Source: an uncultured bacterium (lineage in GTDB: Bacteria > UBA8481). From it: a stretch of 64,000 nt of DNA. Numbering within the stretch: the stretch's first letter is position 1; each line of letters starts with the position of its first letter. Position numbers and translations under genes: made by a program. This document shows, one piece after another, positions 32,945 through 42,397 of this stretch. The DNA is taken from the NCBI GenBank assembly GCA_964499705.1, contig CAZCME010000011.1, positions 62,001-126,000 of the forward strand, given 5' to 3'. The notes under the pieces were generated by a model that saw nothing but the letters and a program-made list of their open reading frames with translations, searched no databases and was not told where the DNA came from.

Positions 32945-33683
32945 CACTGTCGGACAGATTGTTTGGATAAAACCGGAATCTTGCAAGCTGTGGTGCGGGC
33001 GGGATGTAACTGAAGGTTGCTGGGTAGAGCGCTCAGTCAAGTTGAGTCCTTATGGCATCGGAACCTATGCAGTCTCCAATCTGGAATTCATGTACTTCAT
33101 TTCGAAGACTTCTTATGATTCGACGGATGATGTCTTTCTCGATCATTGGAAGAGAAGGCGCAAGAATGCACTGAACATCACAGCGGAGATGGCTCCGCAC
33201 CCGGTCGTTTTCGTCTCCCAGGACGATGCTCTCGCCTACTGCAATTGGGCGGGTGCTCGTCTGCCGAGCTTTGAAGAGTGGCAATATGCCGCTCGGGGGA
33301 CGAAGGGTCGGAGGTTCCCCTGGGGTAATGAATTCTCGATCGAGCGCGCCAACACGCGGGTGGCGCGGCGCGGTGGTACGGTCGCCATCGACGCGTATTC
33401 GCCGCAGGGGAACAGCGTTTTCGGAGTCGCGGGGCTTTGCGGCAATGTCCGGGAATGGACGAGCACGCTTTATGAGAAGTCCGGGGCGAATCCAGACGAT
33501 GATCTCTTTCTGGCCTGCGGATCGGCCTTCGATCACCTTTCGACTCAGCAGGATATTCCGCTCAATTGGGCCTACAAGAACCATGCGACGGGCTTTCGAG
33601 TCGTCTATGATGATTCTGAAAGAGCTGAGGCAACAAGGCTTATTCTGCGCGACTACGTGTCATGGGTCGAAGGGCCGCCATGA
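32934..33683 (+). CDS. FGE-sulfatase (SUMF1-like) fold protein (copy 1)
   Basis: HPVVFVSQDDALAYCNWAGARLPSFEEWQYAARG, FPWG, GLCGNVREWT, GFRV. Confidence 0.88.
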   Translation: MLADTVGQIVWIKPESCKLWCGRDVTEGCWVERSVKLSPYGIGTYAVSNLEFMYFISKTSYDSTDDVFLDHWKRRRKNALNITAEMAPHPVVFVSQDDALAYCNWAGARLPSFEEWQYAARGTKGRRFPWGNEFSIERANTRVARRGGTVAIDAYSPQGNSVFGVAGLCGNVREWTSTLYEKSGANPDDDLFLACGSAFDHLSTQQDIPLNWAYKNHATGFRVVYDDSERAEATRLILRDYVSWVEGPP

Positions 33684-34420
33684 GAGCGAGTCACCTGGAG
33701 AAAGCACGCAGGAGCGTTATTCCGACCATGGACGGTGATATCCCCTATTGGACCGTCAGTTTTCCAGCACGCGGAACAAAGGGGGGCAAAGCTCCTTTTC
33801 GACTTCTGCATTTTGGAGGCGCTCCCGCCGACAACGATGAGTATCAACGCCGGAAATCCGCGCCTCCGGAGGAGATCCAGCGTGCGTTGCGTTCCGCCAT
33901 CTCGCTCTCTCATTTCAAACCGGGAGTGCGGCTGATTTACATTCCAAATCCCCCGATGACGCGAACTCGAAGCAACAATGAGCTGTTCATCGAATCGATC
34001 GCGCCGATCACCGACGCGTTTCTCTGTGCCACCGAAGTGCCGCGGGGATATACGCTGGTCTCCAGCTGGTCGGCAGGCTCCGCGTTCATTGCGCCACTCC
34101 TGAAGCGAGCGATTACAGCGGCCTGCGGCCTGCCGGAAGGACTGCACATGACCGCTCCATACATCGTCCCCACGATCAAGGAAGACGGCCAATTCGGGAT
34201 GATACTCGACCAGATAAACGTATCGCTTTCCGTGGGGATCTCGGATCCAGGCAAGCTTCAGACCCTTGCGCTTTCGCAGGGACTTGTTTCAGCGAAGATC
34301 GCACACTCTCTGTATTGGCTGCCATCCGGGCACGACTGGGATGCATCGGCACCTGTCGAGGCATGGGCGCTTCATTTGGCGCGATACGCTCGAGGCGAGC
34401 GGAAGGGCGGTCGGTTGTGA
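33680..34420 (+). CDS. putative alpha/beta hydrolase (esterase-like)
   Basis: nucleophile-elbow-like SWSAG, SVGISD, C-terminal GHDW. Confidence 0.5.
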   Translation: MRASHLEKARRSVIPTMDGDIPYWTVSFPARGTKGGKAPFRLLHFGGAPADNDEYQRRKSAPPEEIQRALRSAISLSHFKPGVRLIYIPNPPMTRTRSNNELFIESIAPITDAFLCATEVPRGYTLVSSWSAGSAFIAPLLKRAITAACGLPEGLHMTAPYIVPTIKEDGQFGMILDQINVSLSVGISDPGKLQTLALSQGLVSAKIAHSLYWLPSGHDWDASAPVEAWALHLARYARGERKGGRL

Positions 34421-34490
34421 TTCTCGATGCCTACGGCTGCGTTTTCGGGAAAGATATTCGCAATATGATCATGGAGGAGGTTCTTTACCC

Positions 34491-35030
34491 ATGATGATCG
34501 TTCTTTCCAATTCGGCCCGGATCGAATGTCTGCAGGGCAACATCATAGATCAAACGGACTGCGACATTCTCGTGAACGCCGCCAACGCCGAACTCCTGCC
34601 CGGCGGCGGTGTATGCGGTGCGATCCATATGGCGGCCGGGCCCGCTCTGGCCGCTGAATGCATGACCCTCAGCCCCATAAAACCGGGACAATGCGTTGTG
34701 ACCGCGGCATACAGCCTTCCAAACAGGTTCATCATACACGCGGTCGGCCCGATTTATGGCGAAGACAAGCCCGAACGCAACCTTCTCGAGTCGGCGTATT
34801 CATCTAGCATTCGAGCAGCCGATCGACGTGGTGCAACTTCCATCGCATTCCCTTCGCTTTCGACCGGCGTGTTCGGTTACCCGATCGAGGAGGCCGCGCC
34901 TGTTGCGCTGACAACAGCTTTAGCATGCGCGGACGAGTGCCGGCATCTGAAGCTCATCCGCTTTGTCCTGTTCACAGACAACGAAATCCACTGCTTTGAA
35001 AAGCATTTGGCATTGCTGAATGCTTCCTGA
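34491..35030 (+). CDS. Macro domain (MacroD/YmdB-type) ADP-ribose processing protein
   Basis: LVNAAN, PGGGVCGAIH, IIHAVGP, SIAFPSLSTGVFGYP; RBS ggaggagg. Confidence 0.93.
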   Translation: MMIVLSNSARIECLQGNIIDQTDCDILVNAANAELLPGGGVCGAIHMAAGPALAAECMTLSPIKPGQCVVTAAYSLPNRFIIHAVGPIYGEDKPERNLLESAYSSSIRAADRRGATSIAFPSLSTGVFGYPIEEAAPVALTTALACADECRHLKLIRFVLFTDNEIHCFEKHLALLNAS

Positions 35031-35057
35031 TCTTTTCATAATGCTCGGCGTACTCAC

Positions 35058-35744
35058 GTGTATCCCCGCAATCAAGTTCGTCGCGAACGCGACGGATATC
35101 GGCGAGTTATGAAACGTGGCGCCAATGTGAGAAAGCGCTCTTCGGCACGACAATATTTGGGACCAATCGTCTGGATTGCGCTTCACGACAACACTGGACT
35201 GATGCATATCGATTGGATTCCCAAGGTGGATTTCATTTCAACGCGTTCTCCCGGTCGCCCGACGCATCTGATTCTCGCAAATACAATGAAGATTCCCGAT
35301 TCCCTGAATATGCGGGAACTTCGGGATCGCGGAGATATCGTTGCAGGGCGAGCGGCTCTCGTGATGAGTGAGTCCGCCCGGGTACTGTACCTGGAATGCC
35401 ACAGCGACTGGGCCGGAACGACGGGCAACGACGAGTATTTCTCGCGGCTCGTTCAGTCTCCCGAGCGCCTACTTTTCGGCGCGCTCACGGAAATTGCTCT
35501 GGGATTCAAGGTCGACCGCGTTGTCGTCGCAGATTTGGGCGGGGGTGCGACGCCGCTGCGGTTCGAAAGCGCGCGAAGATTGGAGCAGCAGGTATTGCGA
35601 ATCGAGCGGTGCGCAGCGATGGGCCAGACGCGTCTTTTGCAGCATGAAGCTTGCCCCTCGGGCGTTGAGACATTGCTTGTGTCGGATCGATTGGCATCCG
35701 ATGACAGCGCTCACATGCATCGCGCGAACCGATCCAGCCAATAG
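35058..35744 (+). CDS. hypothetical protein
   Basis: fills gap between Macro and Gp37/68 genes. Confidence 0.5.
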   Translation: MYPRNQVRRERDGYRRVMKRGANVRKRSSARQYLGPIVWIALHDNTGLMHIDWIPKVDFISTRSPGRPTHLILANTMKIPDSLNMRELRDRGDIVAGRAALVMSESARVLYLECHSDWAGTTGNDEYFSRLVQSPERLLFGALTEIALGFKVDRVVVADLGGGATPLRFESARRLEQQVLRIERCAAMGQTRLLQHEACPSGVETLLVSDRLASDDSAHMHRANRSSQ

Positions 35745-35752
35745 GAGGCTAC

Positions 35753-36604
35753 ATGGGCGAGAATTCGAAGATTGAATGGGCGACACACACATTCAACCCC
35801 TGGATAGGGTGTGCCAAGGTCTCGCCGGGGTGCGATCGTTGCTATGCCGAGACCATGGCGGAGCGTTACGGCTGGGTCATATGGGGAAAGCTCGGCGTGG
35901 GTTCCGGCGAGCGCAAGCGCACGTCGATGGCAAACTGGAAGAAGCCTGTGCGCTGGAATGCTCAGGCGCCTCATTTCGAAAACGAGAACGGGCATCGGCA
36001 ACGCGTATTCTGCGCTTCCCTTGCAGATGTTTTTGACAATCAGATTGACGAGCAATGGCGCGCCGATCTTTTCCATCTCATTCAGAGTACCCCCAACCTC
36101 GATTGGCTTTTGTTGACCAAGAGGCCTCAGAATATCACGCGCATGCTTCCGTCAAATTGGGGCGCCGGGTATCGTAACGTATGGCTCGGAACGACAGCGG
36201 AAGACCAGGCGCATTACGATCAGCGCTGGCCCGTTCTCGCATCGGTTCCTGGGATCCTGCGATTTATCTCCTACGAGCCGGCAATCGGCCCTTTGCGTCT
36301 TGGAGCCTCGAAAGCGCGGCCGGATTGGATGATTTTCGGTGGTGAGAGCGGAGCGCACGCGCGGATATGCCGTCCCGATTGGGCGCGCGATCTCTCGATC
36401 GATTGCCGATCCGGCGGCATCCCATTCTTTTTGAAGCAATGGGGAAGCTACGCGAGCAATCCCCTCGTGCTCGAAGAGGGGCTTTCCCGGAAGGATGCGC
36501 GGCAACGCGACCCGAACGGACAAGGCGGCAAGCTGCTTGACGGGAGAATGATCCATGAGTTTCCTATTTCGCGTCGACCAAATGGCGTTGAAAGCTATGA
36601 TTGA
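35753..36604 (+). CDS. phage Gp37/Gp68 (DUF5131) family protein
   Basis: SKIEWATHTFNPWIGCAKVSPGCDRCYAE, RVFCASLADVF, LLTKRP, GGESG, PFFLKQWG. Confidence 0.92.
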   Translation: MGENSKIEWATHTFNPWIGCAKVSPGCDRCYAETMAERYGWVIWGKLGVGSGERKRTSMANWKKPVRWNAQAPHFENENGHRQRVFCASLADVFDNQIDEQWRADLFHLIQSTPNLDWLLLTKRPQNITRMLPSNWGAGYRNVWLGTTAEDQAHYDQRWPVLASVPGILRFISYEPAIGPLRLGASKARPDWMIFGGESGAHARICRPDWARDLSIDCRSGGIPFFLKQWGSYASNPLVLEEGLSRKDARQRDPNGQGGKLLDGRMIHEFPISRRPNGVESYD

Positions 36605-36694
36605 GTCTTGCGAGAATTCCTCCGTCAGATAATGGGAGCGCGTGCAAAGCACAGCCATCACTTTATTGAGCGAATCCTGAAAAGGAAAAGCACG

Positions 36695-36723
36695 TTGATT
36701 ATTTATCTGTTATAGCATATAAT
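36695..36723 (+). promoter_or_regulatory. sigma70-type promoter of hipBA
   Basis: TTGATT-N17-TATAAT in an AT-rich patch. Confidence 0.7.
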
Positions 36724-36737
36724 ATAAACTATACAAT

Positions 36738-37097
36738 ATGGTAATGCATATTACTAACCGCCGTTCGCAACTTCCGGAGGATTTCCAGAAGTTACTTAAG
36801 TCCGCTCGGAAGAAGTTGGGCCTGAGCCAGGCAGAACTGGGTAAAAAGGTCGGCCTGCCGCAAATGCACATCTCCGGGATCGAGACAGGTAAGATTGTAC
36901 CGCGTTACGACACGCTTCTTGATCTCGTCAGAGTTCTTGGCTTCGACCTCATCCCGGTTCCCAGGCAGATCATCCCCCTGGTGCGCTCGCTGATACGCCG
37001 GCACGAAGATTCCACCTCCGCGTCGTCGAGTGACGCCGGAGAGGGTCCGCTTTACTCGGGCGGTGAAAGCGAGAAGGAATCCACCGATGAATCGTGA
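36738..37097 (+). CDS. XRE HTH antitoxin (HipB-like)
   Basis: RKKLGLSQAELGKKVGLPQMHISGIETG; overlaps hipA start. Confidence 0.85.
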   Translation: MVMHITNRRSQLPEDFQKLLKSARKKLGLSQAELGKKVGLPQMHISGIETGKIVPRYDTLLDLVRVLGFDLIPVPRQIIPLVRSLIRRHEDSTSASSSDAGEGPLYSGGESEKESTDES

Positions 37098-38319
37098 TCT
37101 GAAGAATTTGAGCGTGCTCGCCGTAATTCTTCACGGTCGCCGGATCGGGGTCATCAATCGACTCGGAGGCGACAGCAACGTCTTCTCGTTTGAAGAGGAC
37201 TACATTGACGATCGCGCGCGCGCAACTTTGAGTCTCTCCTTCAAATCACGAAGCGGAAGTCTCCTGACGGAGATCCGACCGACGTCGAGCCGCTTGCCTC
37301 CCTTCTTCTCGAACCTTCTCCCCGAAGGCAGACTCCGCGAATACCTCGCGGAGCGCTCCGGAGTCAAACCCGACCGCGAATTCTTTCTGCTTGCCGCGCT
37401 GGGAGCCGATCTCCCCGGCGCCGTGGTCGTCGCGCCGTATGAACCCAACGCCGCGATGAGTGCGCCCGCGGAATCGGTTGCTCAAGAAGCGCGGCCGCCC
37501 GAGCCGATGCTGCGATTCTCGCTCGCGGGAGTGCAGCTCAAGTTTTCAGCCATGCTCGAAGCTTCCGGCGGACTGACGATTCCCGCGAACGGAATTGGAG
37601 GCTCATGGATCGTCAAGTTGCCGTCAGCGCAGTATCCGGACGTCCCGGAAAATGAGTATCTCATGATGCGGCTGGCCGGCGCCGTCGGCATCGACGTGCC
37701 GAGCGTCAAGCTCATCACTCCGGACCAGGTCTCCGGACTTCCCCGCGAAGCCGGCGCCCTGCAAGGCCGCGTTCTCGCCGTCGAGCGTTTCGACCGCGCG
37801 TCCGGCGGCAGCCGGATTCACATGGAGGATTTCGCGCAGGTCTACGGAATCTACCCGGACGGCAAGTATGAGGGGCGAAGCTACTCGAATATCGCGTCCG
37901 TGTTATGGGCCGAAACCGGCGAGGAGGGGACATACGAATTCATCCGGCGCCTGGTCTTCAACGTCATGATCGGAAACGGGGACGCGCATCTCAAGAACTG
38001 GACGCTTCTATTTCCCGACACCCGCGCGCCCGTGATCGCGCCCGCGTATGACCTCGTCTCGACCGTGCCCTACATCCCGGATGACCGCCTGGCGCTCACC
38101 TTCGGCGGAAGCCGCGGCCTTCATGAGATCACCCGCGATCAGCTCCGTCGCTTCGCCGATAAGGCCGGGCTTCCCATGAAACCGCTCAACGACCTCGTGG
38201 CCGATACCGCGACCCGAATTCGAGACGCTTGGAATGACCTGCCGGAAAAAGAGATTCTGCGCGCCGAAATCCGCGAGACGATTGATGCGCAGATCTCAGG
38301 CGTTGCGGTTCGTCTATGA
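37087..38319 (+). CDS. hipA: HipA family kinase toxin
   Basis: LPPFFSNLLPEG, FSLAGVQLK, VERFDR, IHMEDFAQ, GNGDAHLKN, APAYD. Confidence 0.93.
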   Translation: MNRDLKNLSVLAVILHGRRIGVINRLGGDSNVFSFEEDYIDDRARATLSLSFKSRSGSLLTEIRPTSSRLPPFFSNLLPEGRLREYLAERSGVKPDREFFLLAALGADLPGAVVVAPYEPNAAMSAPAESVAQEARPPEPMLRFSLAGVQLKFSAMLEASGGLTIPANGIGGSWIVKLPSAQYPDVPENEYLMMRLAGAVGIDVPSVKLITPDQVSGLPREAGALQGRVLAVERFDRASGGSRIHMEDFAQVYGIYPDGKYEGRSYSNIASVLWAETGEEGTYEFIRRLVFNVMIGNGDAHLKNWTLLFPDTRAPVIAPAYDLVSTVPYIPDDRLALTFGGSRGLHEITRDQLRRFADKAGLPMKPLNDLVADTATRIRDAWNDLPEKEILRAEIRETIDAQISGVAVRL

Positions 38320-38573
38320 GGACGAGAAAGGGGGATCATGTCCCACAATTCGCTGTTTCTCACGAAAAGAGGTTGCCGATCAAGGGGATCGCGCATGCGG
38401 AAATGGAGCGAAAGTATGTGACTTCGCCTGGCTAGGCGAAACCTGGCGCGCTATTGCGAGAGCGAGCGGCAGAGGATAGCGATTTTCCATCTGAATTCCA
38501 TCATTCAACTTCAGAATGGCGGTCCTCTGCTTGTGTTTGAGCGAGTTCCATACCGAGTATCGTGCGGTTCAAC

Positions 38574-38588
38574 TGGTACGTTTCATGC
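38574..38588 (+). promoter_or_regulatory. sigma54 (-24/-12) promoter
   Basis: TGGTACG-TTTC-ATGC, 15 nt before ATG 38603. Confidence 0.6.
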
Positions 38589-38602
38589 TCCGAAAAAGGC
38601 CG

Positions 38603-40714
38603 ATGGAATCCTCACATCTCATGTCTTCTTCCCTGTCCATCGGAGCCCGGTCGCGCTCTGTCTTTCCTCCCAGCAAGCTTTCACAGGAAGAGCTAACATT
38701 CGTTGAGACCGCCGCACGTGCGGAGCTCGACCTTGTGAACGTGTCCCTTTCATCGGTCTCCGGTCGCTATGCCGGAGAATGGGGTGAGCCCTTCAGGGAA
38801 TGCGCTCGATTCTTTCTGAGAGCTCGCGCGTTTGCTCGCTTCCTGGCCGAATACGATTCCGAACTCCTATTGGAAGATCCTGAATGCATATCCGGCGAGA
38901 TGGAGGCAGGCAGGCCACATTTTATAATCGACGCGCTCGGTCAGGTCTTCGTCCGTTCGTTTCAATTACCGGGGGATGAGTGTCTCGCGATATGGATTAA
39001 AGAATATGCGGCGCCACTCGGCATCATCGTCGTATTTCGAACGCGGGATACGGCGCCAAGAGACACACCCCGACGATGGCGCAGAATATTCGCCACAGCT
39101 TTCACCTACGACGCCTATCCGCTGCGGAGCGATCTGGCGGAGACGATCGCCGCCGCCGTTTTCGATCCGCCTCACTCGCCTTGTTTCAAGCTTCTTCGCG
39201 CCTACGCTACCCGCCGGGCCAAATGGCTCCTCTCGAATCTCGCTAATGATGCCGCCCCGGACGAGCGCAAAACTTGTTTTGAATCCGGTCGGCAAGGGAA
39301 CGACCGCCGCTTTGTCGCGCACACGCTTCGCCAGAAGATCATCTGTTCGGTGCATCGTGCGCTTCGAAATGTCATGCTGGCTGAATTGATCGATCGTCGG
39401 GAGTTTCAGACTGAGACTCAGCGGGCATGCTTTAATCATCACCATCGTTGGCTGTTTCGATCGTATGCGGGCGACACGCGCCGACGGCGAGGGAAACTGA
39501 GCGGAGGTGGATCGGCGACTTACCGAGAGCTATTCGCTCTCCTTTCGCCGTTCATGCCGAGTTTCTGGCGCCGCCTAGTCGCGCCTGATGGAATGGACCC
39601 GGCCTATGCCTACATGATTCGAAACCCCCATCAGATCGCATGGTTGTATCTTCGGACTTCCGGTCGCTGGCCTGGATGGTATCGCGCTTTAAGACGGCGA
39701 TTGAAACCGAGCGGCATGTTACTCGCGCAGAGGATCCTGCAAAACCTGGTCGCGAGCAGAATGAATCTCGGCGTTTTTGCAGACAAGGTTTTTCACGATG
39801 AAGCAGGATCTCCGATCTATCTTCAGGATCGCTTACCCGATCTTGGATCAAACGGCCACTCGAAGAAACTTCGAGGTTTGTTTAGAATCACCATGCTGCC
39901 GCCGCGGCATGTCTATTCGATCAACTTCAATTTAGCTCTTCAGATGTCCTCGCATGAGTGGCTCAATCATGTGGTCGCGCAATGGCCTGACGATGAACGA
40001 TCGATTCGCGTAGCCGCAAAAGAGTTTCGCAAGATTACCGGCTCAAGAGAGCGACATCGCATTTCAGACGCGATCCTTGTATATCTGGCGGATACGCTCA
40101 AGATCCGGCTGGTTGACGGCACATTCACGAATTTTGGAACAGTCGGAAATCTCGCGGCGGCGGTCGTGGAGGCACGGCGGATTCACGAAGCAGATGCGAT
40201 CGCAAGAAACGGGGCGCGCCTGGCGCAAGGGCACGCCGAAATGCCGACGATCGCGTTTCCTCCGATCAAGGGCTTGCAAAAACTCGAGACTTTTCGCCTG
40301 AAGACCGTCGGTGAGATCGCGGAGGCCGGCGCGAATTGCGGACACTGCATTTCATCATATATCGGCAGTGCGGTCGGAGCCGAGTCGCGGGCGAGTTGGT
40401 TGTTGCGAAGCGGAACTGTCTGTTCTCAAATCGAGGGGATGACAGATGGAGAGGGCGGTGTCTTTCGGCTGAAAGTGCGGCAGACGTTCGATGCACGGAA
40501 TCGAGTAAGCCGTTCGTCCCGGCGATTTGCCGCGCAGGTCGCAAAATGTCTTGAGAGTGCCAGAAAGCAACCCGACTTCGAAGCCGGAATCGTGGATGTG
40601 ATAGCGTCACAGAAGCGACGAATCATGGAGTTGGCGAAAATGCATCCGTGTCCGGAGCGGCCGGTTGAGAATAGTGAGAATGACGATGAAGTTGCGTTTG
40701 AAGGAGCCGACTGA
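38603..40714 (+). CDS. large protein with C-terminal PcfJ-like domain (copy 2)
   Basis: full-length paralog of 29900..32059; FRLKTVGEIAEAGANCGHCISSY. Confidence 0.6.
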   Translation: MESSHLMSSSLSIGARSRSVFPPSKLSQEELTFVETAARAELDLVNVSLSSVSGRYAGEWGEPFRECARFFLRARAFARFLAEYDSELLLEDPECISGEMEAGRPHFIIDALGQVFVRSFQLPGDECLAIWIKEYAAPLGIIVVFRTRDTAPRDTPRRWRRIFATAFTYDAYPLRSDLAETIAAAVFDPPHSPCFKLLRAYATRRAKWLLSNLANDAAPDERKTCFESGRQGNDRRFVAHTLRQKIICSVHRALRNVMLAELIDRREFQTETQRACFNHHHRWLFRSYAGDTRRRRGKLSGGGSATYRELFALLSPFMPSFWRRLVAPDGMDPAYAYMIRNPHQIAWLYLRTSGRWPGWYRALRRRLKPSGMLLAQRILQNLVASRMNLGVFADKVFHDEAGSPIYLQDRLPDLGSNGHSKKLRGLFRITMLPPRHVYSINFNLALQMSSHEWLNHVVAQWPDDERSIRVAAKEFRKITGSRERHRISDAILVYLADTLKIRLVDGTFTNFGTVGNLAAAVVEARRIHEADAIARNGARLAQGHAEMPTIAFPPIKGLQKLETFRLKTVGEIAEAGANCGHCISSYIGSAVGAESRASWLLRSGTVCSQIEGMTDGEGGVFRLKVRQTFDARNRVSRSSRRFAAQVAKCLESARKQPDFEAGIVDVIASQKRRIMELAKMHPCPERPVENSENDDEVAFEGAD

Positions 40715-41592
40715 TGAAATCCAGCGTCGATCTCAAAATCGCTTACACGAGCGACGTGCATGGTTGCGATTCTCAGTATCGAGATTTCCTCTCGCTGGCG
40801 AAGGAATATCGAGCGGATCTGATTATTGTCGGCGGAGATCTGTTCCCTAAAAAGCAACCGACGATACAACAGGCGATCGCGGATCAGCATTCCTATCTTG
40901 TCGGAACGTTCATCCCGATGCTCGCGGAACATCGGCGATCGACCGGCGCTGACATTTTACTTCTCATGGGCAATGACGATGTGCGCGTGCATGAAGAATT
41001 GTTCGAATTCACCTGCGCGAAAGCGGGATTGCTCACTCTTCACGAGCAATGCCACACGATCAAGGGTTGGCAGATATTTGGAAATTCCTGCGTGACGTTC
41101 ACCCCCTTCCTCCTGAAAGATTGGGAAGTCTATGATTGCATCAGCAGTGAGGAGTTGCGACCCGATTCAGTCGATTATCGATTCCCGGGAACGATTCTGA
41201 CCAAAGATCGATCTGATTGGCATCGTACGATCGCCATGCGCCTCGAGGAGTCAGCCAGGCAAATTCTTGATTGGTCGCGCTCTATCGCCGTCATCCATCA
41301 GCCGCCCCATGGCGGCATCCTGGATCAATTGTGGAACGGCCAATTTGCCGGCAGCCTTGCGGTAAGGAGATTCATCGAACAGCGGCAACCGGCCCTCGCA
41401 TTTCATGGTCATATTCATGAATCGCCCTCGAAAAGCGGGCGGTGGCATGAGCGCATTGGCAGAACGTGCGCGATTCAACCGGGGCAGGACTTTGTCAAGT
41501 TGCACGCCGTTACACTTTGCACGTCGGATATTCCCGGTTCTCTGCAGCACTCGATATTCGGGACGGCTGAACGAAATCGCGATGATCGCTGA
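40714..41592 (+). CDS. calcineurin-like metallophosphoesterase (copy 2)
   Basis: SDVHG, GGDL, MGNDD, IHQPP, HGHIHE; 292 aa like copy 1. Confidence 0.87.
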   Translation: MKSSVDLKIAYTSDVHGCDSQYRDFLSLAKEYRADLIIVGGDLFPKKQPTIQQAIADQHSYLVGTFIPMLAEHRRSTGADILLLMGNDDVRVHEELFEFTCAKAGLLTLHEQCHTIKGWQIFGNSCVTFTPFLLKDWEVYDCISSEELRPDSVDYRFPGTILTKDRSDWHRTIAMRLEESARQILDWSRSIAVIHQPPHGGILDQLWNGQFAGSLAVRRFIEQRQPALAFHGHIHESPSKSGRWHERIGRTCAIQPGQDFVKLHAVTLCTSDIPGSLQHSIFGTAERNRDDR

Positions 41593-42346
41593 TCTCGTCG
41601 GGAAAGTCGTTTGGCTTCATCCAGAGCCGTGCATGCTTCACGCTGCGAGTGATGTCGCATTTTGCAGATGGGAATTGCGGCCCATTAAATTATCTCCGTT
41701 TGGAATCGGCAAGTATCCCGTGACAAATCTGGAATTCATGGCATTCGTGTGGGAGACGAAATATGACGCGTGCGACGACAACTTCGTCGCTCACTGGAGG
41801 AAGAAGGGGCGTGAGAAGGGACGGGCGGGGTGGATATGTCCTGCCGAGGCAGTGTCTGCGCATCCCGTCGTTTACGTCTCGCACGATGATGCGAGCGCAT
41901 ACTGTGCGTGGGCCGGTGCACGCTTGCCGACCTACGAAGAGTTGCAGTATGCGGCACGTGGTAACACCGGTTGGCGATTCCCTTGGGGTAACGAATTCTC
42001 AATCGTCAAGGCTGTCACACGTGAATCTCCTCTTCGTCGAACGGTGCCCGTCGATGCATATTCACCGCAAGGGGACAGCATCTTTGGTGTCACAGGTCTT
42101 TGTGGGAATGCCTGGGCATGGACGGATTCCGTGTTCGAAAAGTCCGATAGAGATTCGGAATTCGATCTTTTTCTGGCCTTCGGCTCGGCTTTCGACCATA
42201 TGTCCTTCCAGCAGGAGATACCGTTGAATCGGTCGTACAGAAATCATTCGGTTGGAATGAGGGTTTGCTACGACAGGCCTGAAAACGCGGCCGCTACCGG
42301 AGAAAAGTTGCACGCCTTCATAGCAAACATGCCGAAGCTACGATGA
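41582..42346 (+). CDS. FGE-sulfatase fold protein (copy 2)
   Basis: YPVTN, HPVVYVSHDDASAYCAWAGARLPT, FPWG, GLCGNAWAWT. Confidence 0.88.
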   Translation: MIADLVGKVVWLHPEPCMLHAASDVAFCRWELRPIKLSPFGIGKYPVTNLEFMAFVWETKYDACDDNFVAHWRKKGREKGRAGWICPAEAVSAHPVVYVSHDDASAYCAWAGARLPTYEELQYAARGNTGWRFPWGNEFSIVKAVTRESPLRRTVPVDAYSPQGDSIFGVTGLCGNAWAWTDSVFEKSDRDSEFDLFLAFGSAFDHMSFQQEIPLNRSYRNHSVGMRVCYDRPENAAATGEKLHAFIANMPKLR

Positions 42347-42397
42347 AATTTGACTCATCACGAGATGACTTCGCCGTCCATGACGATAAGGGCCGGA

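Noticed and set aside
38444-38457. TGGCGCGCTATTGC as a sigma54 promoter
   Set aside because: Spacing is one base short of the strict GG-N10-GC; the 38574 motif fits
32934-42346. Diversity-generating retroelement (FGE-fold proteins are common DGR targets)
   Set aside because: No reverse transcriptase, no near-identical template repeat, and differences between copies and within the 63-nt repeat are not adenine-specific
29900-42346. Assembly artefact as cause of the duplication
   Set aside because: Copies are extensively diverged at DNA and protein level with different flanks
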